Below the pieces are notes generated by a model. It did no database searches. It worked only from the letters and a program-made list of their open reading frames with translations, and was not told the origin of the DNA. DNA of 64,000 nt from Gammaproteobacteria bacterium (GTDB taxonomy: Bacteria > Pseudomonadota > Gammaproteobacteria > Eutrophobiales > Eutrophobiaceae): assembly GCA_021773215.1 (NCBI GenBank), contig JAJFKM010000041.1, positions 1,099 to 65,098 of the forward strand, in the 5' to 3' direction. The first letter of the stretch is position 1; each line of letters begins with the position of its first letter. This document shows positions 1 to 10,323 of this stretch, piece after piece. Made by a program: the position numbers and the translations under genes.

Positions 1-382
1 AATCGATGATTAACCGTTGAACGAGATCTTTGATGATGTGGTAGGCGGGATTGTGAGAATCGACCTTTGATAGATCGTCAGCACTTTTAAATAACAACAT
101 AGGTTTGTTACCTCCTAAAGAATGGACGATAAAAATCCGCAGTACATAAATGCACGGCAGGTTATTTGAGGTTGTATGTAATTAAGGGATTAAAATTAAG
201 GTGTGTATGTGTACTTCATATAAGGTACTTATTTTTGCGCAATTGATACCTTCGATAGATTAGTGTTTGGTCATTGATTAATTGAGGGGCTGCATTGCTT
301 AGTGGCCTGGATGGGGCAGCGGAAAAAGTGGGCGGTGAGAGGGGCGGATAATTCGATGGATTTGATCGGGATAGTTTTATAA

Positions 383-1375
383 GTGCTAGAAAAATGCATT
401 ACGTTTGGCGAGTTTTTAGCGCATCGCGCGCCGATGACGGGCTATTACCCGGATAGGGGGCTTTTCAACCAAGGCAAGTCCGGCCCGATCGTCGATCGGT
501 TACGGAAGGAACTGGCAATCCTGCCGGGAGATCGCTTCATGGGATCGGTTGCAACAGTATGGGGCGCGAAGGGGGGAGCGCTGCGGCAAGAGCTTTCATT
601 GCCCGCCAGTACCACGCTCGAACCTGGACAATTCGAGGAGTTCATCGCCTATGTCGGAAACAAGACCGGAAATGATCATGATCTGATCGATCTTTGGAGG
701 TTTAACATTCCGACCCTGTCCGAGTATGGGCAGAGTGTTTCGCGTCAGTACATGTTCTACATCCAGAATTTTCTTAGCGAGAGCGGTGACCCTACGGAAG
801 TCTCAATAGCTTTCCCCAGGAAGGCCAATGTGGGAGTAATGGCCGCCATGGGCGTGTGTTTTATCGTGATTGACCGCCCATTGTCAGATTCCCGAGTAAC
901 GCTAGCTCTAACAGAGCAGTTTGCCCACACAACCCTTTATCTCTACGAGATCGCAGACCCAATTCTAGGAAACTACAGTCCGGTGAGTTTTGAGTTGGAT
1001 CCCAACTTATCAAAATTTCGGGCCAGCGTAGAGGGAGACCCGGGTGTCCTAGCAAGAACGGCGTATGTGCAGGAGCTGGTGGAAGGTACGGTAGTCCCTG
1101 CCCGTGACGCACAGATGGCCTACGAGAAGGGAGGTGTACACGTGACTGCGTCGAACGAGGGCACGTCAGTACTTCTTCTACCCTTGCAATTTTCTCACTG
1201 CCTGAGCACCCGGGACCATGGGGTCAAGCTCAGTCGCGCCAATCTCATCTTCACCCAGATCAAGTTCCATGGTGTCCTAGACACGAAGATTGAATGGGAA
1301 TTCGACTTCTGGAGAGGTAGCGATTGTAGGGTTCAGGATGTCGGTGACATGCGGTTGTTGGGACTACTCAATTGA
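383..1375 (+). CDS. C-terminal (extracytoplasmic) half of a GT-C/YfhO-like membrane protein; probably a truncated paralog of 1846..3999
   Basis: Aligns by eye to residues ~400-717 of the 717-aa ORF (GNDHDLIDLWRFNIPTLSEY vs GNEHRTIGLWYYGIPTLIEF; LLPLQFSHCL vs VVPFAFSNCL; RANL vs RVNL). No TM region. Confidence 0.55.
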   Translation: MLEKCITFGEFLAHRAPMTGYYPDRGLFNQGKSGPIVDRLRKELAILPGDRFMGSVATVWGAKGGALRQELSLPASTTLEPGQFEEFIAYVGNKTGNDHDLIDLWRFNIPTLSEYGQSVSRQYMFYIQNFLSESGDPTEVSIAFPRKANVGVMAAMGVCFIVIDRPLSDSRVTLALTEQFAHTTLYLYEIADPILGNYSPVSFELDPNLSKFRASVEGDPGVLARTAYVQELVEGTVVPARDAQMAYEKGGVHVTASNEGTSVLLLPLQFSHCLSTRDHGVKLSRANLIFTQIKFHGVLDTKIEWEFDFWRGSDCRVQDVGDMRLLGLLN

Positions 1376-1845
1376 TGTAACCCTAGCTACCAGATTGAAA
1401 AGGTTGACCTTTGGCCGAACAATGCCTCTCCTGGCGGTTTTTCATAATAACTTTCATGGTCCTTCTCCTAGTCTGCTGTACATCGCAAGCTCCTCTGTTG
1501 CACTCAGATGCCGGTTCAGATAAGGGCGACCATCCCAGTCACGGCCATAGATTGACCGGGCCATGGTGAAAACAAAGCTGTTATTGTTGACGTCACTATG
1601 CAGGCGTATGTTCTGTCTGTGATTGACGCAATAAATACTGCGAACGGTGGCAGCTTGAACTTGAACCATAGTTCTGTGTTGGATATATCCGGACAACCTA
1701 ATGGTGGTATTTATAAGTTTGAATGATTGAGCTTGGAAAGCGGTGACGTTTTTAGAGATTCGATGTTGTTTTCTTCGTATCATTGTAACTTCATACAATT
1801 TAACTTATCAGCACCTTTTATACACCTGTTTGACTTTATTCCAAT

Positions 1846-3999
1846 TTATGAAGCGTTTAGATCCTCAATGTCTTGCACGTCTTTCAGAAGACAATCAGTA
1901 TTACTAAACGGCGTTTGATGATGCTCGATCAACACATCAAGAGAGCCCTCAAACAAAATACCGGTCAACAATAGGTTTACTCGCTTCAACTCGGCCGACT
2001 CGGAACTACTCGACCCCACGATTCGCAAGCAATTGGAAAACGCGAAGGGAACCACGACCAAAGAATGCCCGCTGGTGTTGGCACGGACGCGGAAGCCACC
2101 ACGTTCCATAGTGATCGAAATGGCACGGGCGGGCATCAGCGGTTTCGTATGGTCGGTTCGCGATAGCATCGCCGTTTGCGCGAAATCAACCTCTTGCTCC
2201 CCGAGCCACGCGAGCGCGGTGTTTGACGAAGTGAAGGGTACCGTCTCCGTCGGCGATATGCCGAGATTGGTTTCTGAAATTACATCTAATGCGAGCGGTT
2301 CTTTTCCCTCCAATGTAATTTCTTGAACGCGTTCCGTCTCAGGCGTCGGGGGGCCATCGGTAATAATGTAGCGGACTCCGAGGAGGCGAAGGATCCGCAG
2401 GTTCGGCAGGCGCATATTGAGAATGTTGCGACTTTGGCCGTCGCCGGCCGGCGCTAGGTACTGTGTGGCGACACCCCACAGCTCAGGTGGAATGGTATGG
2501 CTGAATTCGATTAATGTGGGAATACCATAATACCAAAGGCCGATGGTGCGATGCTCATTACCGATGGCCCGCATGAGTTTCAAGTCCAGACCAAACATTT
2601 CGTTCCAGCCGGATTGAGCCGGCAGCCCTTGACCGGTCATAGTGACCACCCGACCACGGAAAGGCGAGCCGCGAAAGAGTCCTACTTCATCGCTCAAGAT
2701 GTTCGTCAGTATCGATGCTGTCGGCGGATAAATATTGGGTCGAGCATTGATGGTACGATGCAGATAGTTTGGACCATGTAGTGCTAGAAAGCCGGATAAT
2801 ACGATTGCAATTTCGGCACATAGACCTAGTGTCGGGCGTGGTAAAGACGTTTTTCTCAACAAGTACAAACCGGAGTATGTTACTACATCGAAGAGCAGCA
2901 GCATTGCGAATACGACATAGATCGGCCAAATGACCATTTCATAATACAGTGGAATTGCTACGGATTTGCCGTAAGTGGCATAATACCATGTGGCCGATAA
3001 GATGAGTCCGACCAATATTGTCGTGGCTAGCGCAAACTGTCGCCTCCGCTCGCTCCCGAATAGAATGCAGTAAATACTACCGGTCACACCCAAGGCGGCT
3101 ATTATCGACGAAATCGGCTCAAATGAATAGCGCAGTAGCAGTGACCCGTCGCTTGCCGGATGATTAGTGCGATATGCATTTTCTAGGAAAAAGTGGAAGT
3201 AGGTGTCGGACGACATGCCCAACATTGCCTCAGGTAACCCCGAAACGACCAAGAACACCAGAACACATCCTCCCCATAAGAACTTACTGAGAAGCTCAGC
3301 CCGATTACGTGCACCAATAAAAAAAACGACGCCGAACACGACAATAAAGGGAAGCGTCACCGCAAAGAAGAGCCCGAAGGCTGTTGCCAGCACCCATGTC
3401 AGAAAGCTGATTGCCCCTGCTCTTAGTGCGTCTCCTAAAAGTGGGCCGCGGCCGATGCCGGCCCAGAGTACAATTATGGCGAAGGCTGTCAGGTCCAAGC
3501 TGACCAGTATCGGAAAATCGCCAGTTACATTGTAGAACAGAGATGGAAAGCTGAGCGGTGAAATGACCAATACCGCAAACCATCCTGTGACCACCGCTCG
3601 ACCGGATTTGACACCCAACCAAAACGCGAGTAGCGACACACCGACGAACATTTCAACGGACGCGGTGGTGTGGATAGCTATCTTTTGCCAAGTCGGATCA
3701 GAAAAGAACTGCGCTACTGCCAGTTCTGGAATCCAGCGAGTGTTGGCAAAATACCAGAGATCGTTTAGACCTTGCAGGGGATTCGTAGAAAAACCTAGGC
3801 TTGGGGAAGCGAATTCCATTTGACTCCGGACAAGCGTCAATAGGTAGTGCCCGTCTATGTAGCTGAGTAAATTATCAACGTTGAGCCAAAACGTCGCACT
3901 GGTGAATATGGCGACTAAGAGCGTATGCACGGCCAGACGACTCGGCCAAGCTGCGTCTATTTGGCGGACGGTTGGGGAGTGGGGAGTTATATTGACCAT
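1846..3999 (-). CDS. Large polytopic membrane protein, putative GT-C (YfhO-like) glycosyltransferase
   Basis: About 11-12 hydrophobic segments in the first ~410 aa, an early loop Asp (YIDG), then a soluble domain with LRLLGVRYII (YfhO-like motif). Lies next to sugar-modification genes. Confidence 0.6.
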   Translation of the reverse strand: MVNITPHSPTVRQIDAAWPSRLAVHTLLVAIFTSATFWLNVDNLLSYIDGHYLLTLVRSQMEFASPSLGFSTNPLQGLNDLWYFANTRWIPELAVAQFFSDPTWQKIAIHTTASVEMFVGVSLLAFWLGVKSGRAVVTGWFAVLVISPLSFPSLFYNVTGDFPILVSLDLTAFAIIVLWAGIGRGPLLGDALRAGAISFLTWVLATAFGLFFAVTLPFIVVFGVVFFIGARNRAELLSKFLWGGCVLVFLVVSGLPEAMLGMSSDTYFHFFLENAYRTNHPASDGSLLLRYSFEPISSIIAALGVTGSIYCILFGSERRRQFALATTILVGLILSATWYYATYGKSVAIPLYYEMVIWPIYVVFAMLLLFDVVTYSGLYLLRKTSLPRPTLGLCAEIAIVLSGFLALHGPNYLHRTINARPNIYPPTASILTNILSDEVGLFRGSPFRGRVVTMTGQGLPAQSGWNEMFGLDLKLMRAIGNEHRTIGLWYYGIPTLIEFSHTIPPELWGVATQYLAPAGDGQSRNILNMRLPNLRILRLLGVRYIITDGPPTPETERVQEITLEGKEPLALDVISETNLGISPTETVPFTSSNTALAWLGEQEVDFAQTAMLSRTDHTKPLMPARAISITMERGGFRVRANTSGHSLVVVPFAFSNCLRIVGSSSSESAELKRVNLLLTGILFEGSLDVLIEHHQTPFSNTDCLLKDVQDIEDLNAS

Positions 4000-4293
4000 A
4001 TTGAGTGACGTAAGTTTTTAAAGTTGTTAAGCGCCTAGTTTAACAAAGCTGCTGTTGCGTGTTTTAGCGTTCATAAAGAGGCGAGGAAATTTCCATAATC
4101 CATAACGAAGGGAGTTGTTTGGAGCTTCCTCTCAGCTGAGTCCAAAGTGCAATAAGAATTTTTGTTACTCACCGTTGATAACTCGCACTTAAATTGTAAC
4201 TTTTTCTATATTCACAATTTCTGAGAAACCGGAACTCGATCCTTACTAGCAATTTTATAAAGGCTGGAATTCGATAACGAGTTCCAGAGTCTG

Positions 4294-5196
4294 TTACGAC
4301 TGTAGTGGAGAAAGGTACAGTGTTCCGGATTGCATTGTCGCACAGCCGCCCTGTCCCCCGTTGGACATAAACAACGACACACGGACATAGCCCTCCTCAG
4401 CCCCTTTCGCACCGATTGCCACTGTATGAATGGTGCTGACATCATTGGGACTGCCTTGATAATGAATCGCTGTGTGACTGAATGGGACCCCGTCTATACC
4501 GACCATGACATGCACATAACCTCTGGGCTTGTCGCTTTTAACTGTTCCGGAGACATAGGCATTTGGAACCGTGAAAGCCTGTCGAAATGTGTCATTTATA
4601 CCAAAGGTCAGAAATTCCAGAAAAAAGCCTGAAATCTCCGTCATCGTGTCCGAGCATGTTCTCGCAATCGGCGCGCCGAGCGTCGGGCCAATGAAGGCTG
4701 CGAGCCCAGTATGCCCTCGATTGGCCCACGAGATCGTCATCTGTCGATTGACTTCACCTCTGATCATTCCATTCTCGTCGGTCCGAGCCATACCAACAAG
4801 GGAGAGTGTGGGATCGTCTACGTGAACCTCATTTCCGTAGGTTTCATCCTCCTTGTGGCCACCGGTACTGAAGCTCATCTTCATCACCTTGTCATCCATG
4901 AAAACGAACGTGCGGTAGAGCGTCAGCGGCGCAAGTATTTGACCGCATACTTTTTCAATGCAGGCATTTTTCACTTCACCAATCACCCCCCCAGAAATGA
5001 CTCCTACACCCGGCGGTATTGTTTCTGATTGCCCAGCTATAACGATCTGGTTACCATTTTTCGGAACGAAATGAACCCGACTGAAGGGAGAACCTGAATC
5101 GGCCAAGGGAAGAAATTGCCCCTCATTGCCAGCCCAGGCGAGTTGATTAATCGATATTATGAAAATTAAACCTAAACCTAGAAAAATATGATTCAT
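4294..5196 (-). CDS. Secreted hypothetical protein with beta-rich domain
   Basis: N-terminal signal peptide (…QLAWA/G), 300-aa open frame. Confidence 0.7.
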   Translation of the reverse strand: MNHIFLGLGLIFIISINQLAWAGNEGQFLPLADSGSPFSRVHFVPKNGNQIVIAGQSETIPPGVGVISGGVIGEVKNACIEKVCGQILAPLTLYRTFVFMDDKVMKMSFSTGGHKEDETYGNEVHVDDPTLSLVGMARTDENGMIRGEVNRQMTISWANRGHTGLAAFIGPTLGAPIARTCSDTMTEISGFFLEFLTFGINDTFRQAFTVPNAYVSGTVKSDKPRGYVHVMVGIDGVPFSHTAIHYQGSPNDVSTIHTVAIGAKGAEEGYVRVSLFMSNGGQGGCATMQSGTLYLSPLQS

Positions 5197-5831
5197 ACTG
5201 AACTCGTAAATGGGGTGCTCAATTTGGCTACTATAATATATTTAATCCAGCTAGGCACTCATACATTAATTTGCCAATAATTTTGCAATTATATAATCGA
5301 AAATTATTATGGATAGTTCTATAAAAATAATCAAGTAAGTCGTATCATAATTATTAAGTCTGAATTTATAGATATCCGCTTTGAGTCTCCTCCAATTAGC
5401 TGACAAAAAACATTATCTTTCAAATCAAGAAAATCAGTGTAAATATAGAAAGCAAAAGTAGAATAATCAGTAAGACAACGGATTAACCTACATACACTCA
5501 AGCTATACCGAATACAATTTCGCGACAGTTAAATTTAATGAACGCGAGAGACATTAGGGTTTAAAACCCCAGAAGAAAAGATTAAGGAATGTGTTGCATA
5601 TACAGATTGAATTAGCAGTACAATGCAGACATAAAATGAAATTATATAAAGTGAGTATGACTATATATTGCTATTTCTTATGTATTAAATAAATAACATA
5701 TGATGATGTTTTCTAAATCATATGGAAGATATTATCTGAAATTAATTTGAATAAGAATTTGAAGGTTTTGTATATAATGATTGAATCGATATTAATTAAA
5801 CAATGGATAATTTAGAAAAATTAATACTAGG

Positions 5832-6776
5832 ATGAATAAAAATGCCATCATAGTAGGCAGTTCTGGGCAAGATGGGAGGTTGCTCTCAAGTCTTTTAGTT
5901 TCTCGTGGATACAAAGTTACTAAGATTTCACGCGAATCTATTATTACTGGTGATATCCAATCCGATCCTATTGATATTGGAGACCTGAAACAGGTTAATG
6001 ATCTTGTCAAAAAAATAAAACCACAGGAAATATATTTCCTAGCTGCTTTTCATCATTCGTCCGAAGATGATCTTTGCAATGAAGCTTTTTTATTACAAGA
6101 AAGCAATAGAGTGCACTTCATAGCTGCAACAGCGTTCCTAGAGGCCATACGAACATTTTCACCTAAAAGTAGGTTTTTTTATGCAGCTTCATCACATGTT
6201 TTCGGAGAACCAACCACACTCATTCAAGATGAAAAAACACCACTAAATCCTGATAGCGTATATGGAATAACTAAAACCGCGGGTTTGCTCTCCTGCAGAT
6301 ATTATCGAGAAACACATGGTGTCTTTGCAGCAGTAGGTATTATGTATAATCATGAATCATCTTTACGTGATGTACGATTTGTATCAAAAAAGATAGCTAC
6401 TGGAGTAGCGCTTATTAAAAGTGGTGTTAAAGAAAATATTGTTTTGGGTGATCTTGATGCCGCAGTTGATTGGGGTTGTGCGTCTGATTTTGTTGAAGCC
6501 ATGACACGAATAATGGACCTAGATATATCTGAGGATTTTGTCATAGCTACAGGGGAACGTCATACTGTAAGAGAGTTTGTTGATATTGCTTTTAGTTACG
6601 CTAATCTAAATTATAAACTATATATAAAACCTGCACATTCAATCATTAAACGTTCAGCTAAGAACCTTGTCGGAAATCCAGGCCGTCTAAAAAAAATAAC
6701 AGGCTGGAAACCAAAGGTAAGCTTTGATGAAATGGTACACCGTATGGTACAAGCTGAAATGGATGCATTATTATGA
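5832..6776 (+). CDS. GDP-mannose 4,6-dehydratase-family SDR (possibly a reductase)
   Basis: GSSGQDG Rossmann motif, YGITK, YNHES, FVSKKI, DWG, DFVIATG. Confidence 0.85.
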   Translation: MNKNAIIVGSSGQDGRLLSSLLVSRGYKVTKISRESIITGDIQSDPIDIGDLKQVNDLVKKIKPQEIYFLAAFHHSSEDDLCNEAFLLQESNRVHFIAATAFLEAIRTFSPKSRFFYAASSHVFGEPTTLIQDEKTPLNPDSVYGITKTAGLLSCRYYRETHGVFAAVGIMYNHESSLRDVRFVSKKIATGVALIKSGVKENIVLGDLDAAVDWGCASDFVEAMTRIMDLDISEDFVIATGERHTVREFVDIAFSYANLNYKLYIKPAHSIIKRSAKNLVGNPGRLKKITGWKPKVSFDEMVHRMVQAEMDALL

Positions 6777-8209
6777 GCAACGAACTTCTTATCTTTATTC
6801 CAACGTACAACGAAAGAGAAAATGTTGAAAGTATTATTATGGATATCATGGGACTTAGCTTGTCTGCCGATATCCTCTTCATTGACGACAGTTCGCCAGA
6901 TGGCACTGGTGATCTGCTAGAAGAATTTGCTTGTAAGTATGAAAATGTGATTGTACAACATCGAGCAGGAAAGCTTGGCGTCGGAAGTGCACACAAACAA
7001 GGGATTAAGTGGGCTTATGATAATGGATACAAGCTTTTGATTACAATGGACTGCGATTTTACGCATTCACCTAAAAAGATTATAGATTTTTTAAAGAAGT
7101 CTGATGATGCGGATGTGGTTGTTGGTTCACGTTATATGGATACGAATAGTCTTGTTGGGTGGAATCTGTTCCGTAAATTGCTAACTAATCTTGGGCATTC
7201 ACTAACTAAGTTTTTCCTAAAAATGCCTTACGATGCAACAGGTGGTTTTCGTCTTTACCGGCTTGATAGTATTTCATCTGTTTTTCTCAACTCAATATAT
7301 TCATCCAGTTATTCATTCTTTTTTGAGAGTCTTTATGTGTTACACCTCAATAACTTTAGAATTGTAGAAATATCTACTGTGCTTCCAGCACGAGTATATG
7401 GTCACTCAAAAATGCGCATCATTGATGCATGGTATAGTCTTATGCATCTAGTAGATATCTATTTTACAACTTTGCTTAATCGTGAGCGCTTCGAATTTGT
7501 GGAGCCCTTCAACTCGACAACAAAAAATCTTAAAGAGGATAAGGACTGGAACAATTATTGGTCCGGAAAGGATAAGCCAACACATCTTGTTTACGATCTT
7601 ATTGCTGCATTTTATAGAAGGTTTATCATTCGGCCGTCACTTAATCATTTTATCAGAAAGTATTTTGACCGGGATTCACAAGTTATGCATGCTGGATGCG
7701 GTAGTGGACAGGTAGATATTGGTATCGCAGATTACATCAAGATATCGGCGATCGATATTTCGGTTCAAGCACTTAGCATATACAAGAAAACAAACAAACA
7801 TCATCAGGAACTAATACATGGCTCTATTTTTTCTATCCCTGTGGAGAATGATTTTTATGATGGTATATACAATCTCGGAGTAATGGAGCACTTTCCCGAA
7901 GATGAAATTGTGAAAATACTATCAGAATTTCATCGCGTGTTAAAACCTGATGGCAAGTGTGTTCTGTTTTGGCCACCTGAATTTGGACTAAGTGTCATTT
8001 TCCTCAAATTTGTTCATTTTATTCTCAATCGGGTACTCAAAAAAGATATTTTGCTTCATCCAGCAGAAATAACTCGAGTTACATCAAAAGCTCAAGTTGC
8101 AGACTTTCTGAGTAAGACTGGGTTTTCATTGGTCGAATACAGTTTTGGTATTCGTGATTTTTTTACCTATGTGGTGGTCATAGGACAAAAGACTACTCAG
8201 AGGACCTAA
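6773..8209 (+). CDS. Polyprenol-phosphate glycosyltransferase (DPM1-like GT2) fused to class I SAM methyltransferase
   Basis: IPTYNERENV, DDSSPDGT, TMDCDFTH, GSRY, DATGGFR, GHSKM, then HAGCGSG, YNLGVMEHF, RVLKPDG. ATGA overlap with the upstream gene. Confidence 0.9.
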   Translation: MSNELLIFIPTYNERENVESIIMDIMGLSLSADILFIDDSSPDGTGDLLEEFACKYENVIVQHRAGKLGVGSAHKQGIKWAYDNGYKLLITMDCDFTHSPKKIIDFLKKSDDADVVVGSRYMDTNSLVGWNLFRKLLTNLGHSLTKFFLKMPYDATGGFRLYRLDSISSVFLNSIYSSSYSFFFESLYVLHLNNFRIVEISTVLPARVYGHSKMRIIDAWYSLMHLVDIYFTTLLNRERFEFVEPFNSTTKNLKEDKDWNNYWSGKDKPTHLVYDLIAAFYRRFIIRPSLNHFIRKYFDRDSQVMHAGCGSGQVDIGIADYIKISAIDISVQALSIYKKTNKHHQELIHGSIFSIPVENDFYDGIYNLGVMEHFPEDEIVKILSEFHRVLKPDGKCVLFWPPEFGLSVIFLKFVHFILNRVLKKDILLHPAEITRVTSKAQVADFLSKTGFSLVEYSFGIRDFFTYVVVIGQKTTQRT

Positions 8210-8210
8210 G

Positions 8211-9113
8211 ATGGTTGTTCAAGAAACTGAACTAGTAGATTTCCCTTGTCCGATCTGTGAAAACGTTGACTATGATGTTATCCATCCCGATACACTAGAT
8301 AATTGCTTACCAGAGTTTGGTTATGATTTTAACAGCAGACATTCGGATCACTATAGAATAATAAGGTGTCAAAGTTGTAGTCATGGGTATTGCTCACCTA
8401 GACCAGCTGATTTATATCGAAGCTATATTGATGTCGAGGATTCAGAGTATTTAAAGAATACAACACAAAGGTTAGAGACGGCGAGTTTAGTAATTGAGAC
8501 TATTAGAAAAATTAAGTTGTCTGGTAGGTTGTTGGACATCGGCCCCGCTACCGGTGACTTCCTTAGTATAGCAAAGAAATACTATGATTCAGATGGCTTA
8601 GAACTATCAAAATGGGCTGCGAATATTGCAGTAAAGAAAGGACACACAATCCATTCCTGCCGATTATCTGAACTCGTAACTAATACCGACTATGATATTA
8701 TCACTATGTGGGGGGTGATAGAACATTTCGAGTTCCCGAAAGATGAGATTATTGAAATTAAAAGGATACTTGCTGCAGATGGGATAGTTTGTTTTTGGAC
8801 AGGGGACATAGATTCCTGGTTGGCTCGGTTGCTCGGTTCAAAGTGGTGGTATATCCAAGGACAACATATACAGTACTTCAGTCAAAGGTCACTGGACAAG
8901 CTATTTGATGAGCAAGGTTTTAAACGCATATATACCGCACGTTATCCGTATGTGATGAGCTTGGAGTCTATGGCAAAATCACTTGGTCGTTATCCATTCA
9001 TTGGACCGTTAGCTAATGCAATTTTTTCTAATAGTCTATTTGGGAAATGGACTATTACATTTCGACTTCCAGGAGAACTTTTCGCAATTTACCAAAAGCA
9101 AGTAAATCAATAA
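8211..9113 (+). CDS. Class I SAM methyltransferase with N-terminal Zn ribbon
   Basis: CPIC…CQSC, LLDIGPATG, WGVIEH, HIQYFS. Confidence 0.85.
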   Translation: MVVQETELVDFPCPICENVDYDVIHPDTLDNCLPEFGYDFNSRHSDHYRIIRCQSCSHGYCSPRPADLYRSYIDVEDSEYLKNTTQRLETASLVIETIRKIKLSGRLLDIGPATGDFLSIAKKYYDSDGLELSKWAANIAVKKGHTIHSCRLSELVTNTDYDIITMWGVIEHFEFPKDEIIEIKRILAADGIVCFWTGDIDSWLARLLGSKWWYIQGQHIQYFSQRSLDKLFDEQGFKRIYTARYPYVMSLESMAKSLGRYPFIGPLANAIFSNSLFGKWTITFRLPGELFAIYQKQVNQ

Positions 9114-9373
9114 AAGCTTTACCGCGTATAAAGTATTTTGATGTTCAAATAATCGCGAATCTGAATCAGGCAGTATGTTCGAGGAAGAGAATCGATCGAT
9201 ATTAAATTTCATGTTTATCTTGGTTCCATATCTTTGTTGCAGGAATCAAATATATAGCTATATGATGAGCTTGCGAACTGATTTATCGGAAGACAAATTA
9301 CTTGTAAGAAATACAGATGAGTTGTTATGGCTCTTTTCAGTTATAAAAGTAGTTAATCTCTCATTCTAAAGTT

Positions 9374-10303
9374 TTATGCGACTGCTATGAATTTCATCAC
9401 GCCTGATTTTCCTAAAAAGAAAGGTGCTATATTGAATGGTATCATGGCAAGCAATAATAGTTCGAACCCATGCATTCTTCCAAATTTCAACTTCGGATTG
9501 TTACGTAGATCAGCAATGTTCCTTTGAAGATAATTCTGGATAGATGCGGCAATTGTTCCTGTATTTAACTCACTGGTGATAAATACCTCTTTGAACCCAG
9601 CATTTAATAGCAGGGTTGTTAATTGTTTTTTATCATATTGAAATGTATGACGAGGGACATGATTGCCACCCCAATATCGACCAAAAAGTTTACGGTCTAC
9701 AGATCCAAAATTTGGTGTTTCACCTACTAGTATTCCACCAGAGCGAATGAGTTCTCGCGCTTTCTGAAGCTCAGCTATAGGATTCAGCATATGCTCAATA
9801 TAGTTGTTCATGAACACAGCATCGTACGATGACGGTTCATCTTGAAAATCAACAAAAAGACCTTGGAATACATTTATTCTTTTATTTTTGGCTAGATTTA
9901 CAGCTTTTTCACTGAAATCAATTCCTTGAAGAGTTTCAGCGCCTATTTCTTTAAGTCGTAATAAAAACTCTCCATTTCCACAACCAACGTCCAGGACTTT
10001 AGCACCTCTTTTAATATATTTTTGTAATTTTCGACGTAAGCCAAAATTGGCAAGGAAGAAAAGTATGTCGTATAACATCCTCCTTGCTCGGGCCTCTGGG
10101 ACATGAGAGCTATAATTTTCTGGGTACGCAATCATTAATTCTTCAATAGTTGGAAAAGGATGTAACTGAACTTGTCGACATCTTAGGCATTTGCGATATT
10201 CATATTCACCGCCAATACCAAACTCCCAATCTCTTATTTGCGACGTTTCAGTGAGGTATGAAGAATTACTACACAATCGACATTTATAATTTATAATATT
10301 CAA
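9374..10303 (-). CDS. Class I SAM methyltransferase with N-terminal Zn ribbon
   Basis: CRLC…CLRC, VLDVGCGNG, NYIEH, ETPN, HVPRH. Confidence 0.85.
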   Translation of the reverse strand: MNIINYKCRLCSNSSYLTETSQIRDWEFGIGGEYEYRKCLRCRQVQLHPFPTIEELMIAYPENYSSHVPEARARRMLYDILFFLANFGLRRKLQKYIKRGAKVLDVGCGNGEFLLRLKEIGAETLQGIDFSEKAVNLAKNKRINVFQGLFVDFQDEPSSYDAVFMNNYIEHMLNPIAELQKARELIRSGGILVGETPNFGSVDRKLFGRYWGGNHVPRHTFQYDKKQLTTLLLNAGFKEVFITSELNTGTIAASIQNYLQRNIADLRNNPKLKFGRMHGFELLLLAMIPFNIAPFFLGKSGVMKFIAVA

Positions 10304-10323
10304 TTATTTACCGAATCCCATGA

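Noticed and set aside
5197-5831. Hidden gene or ncRNA in the AT-rich spacer
   Set aside because: No long ORF, repeat or convincing structure visible.
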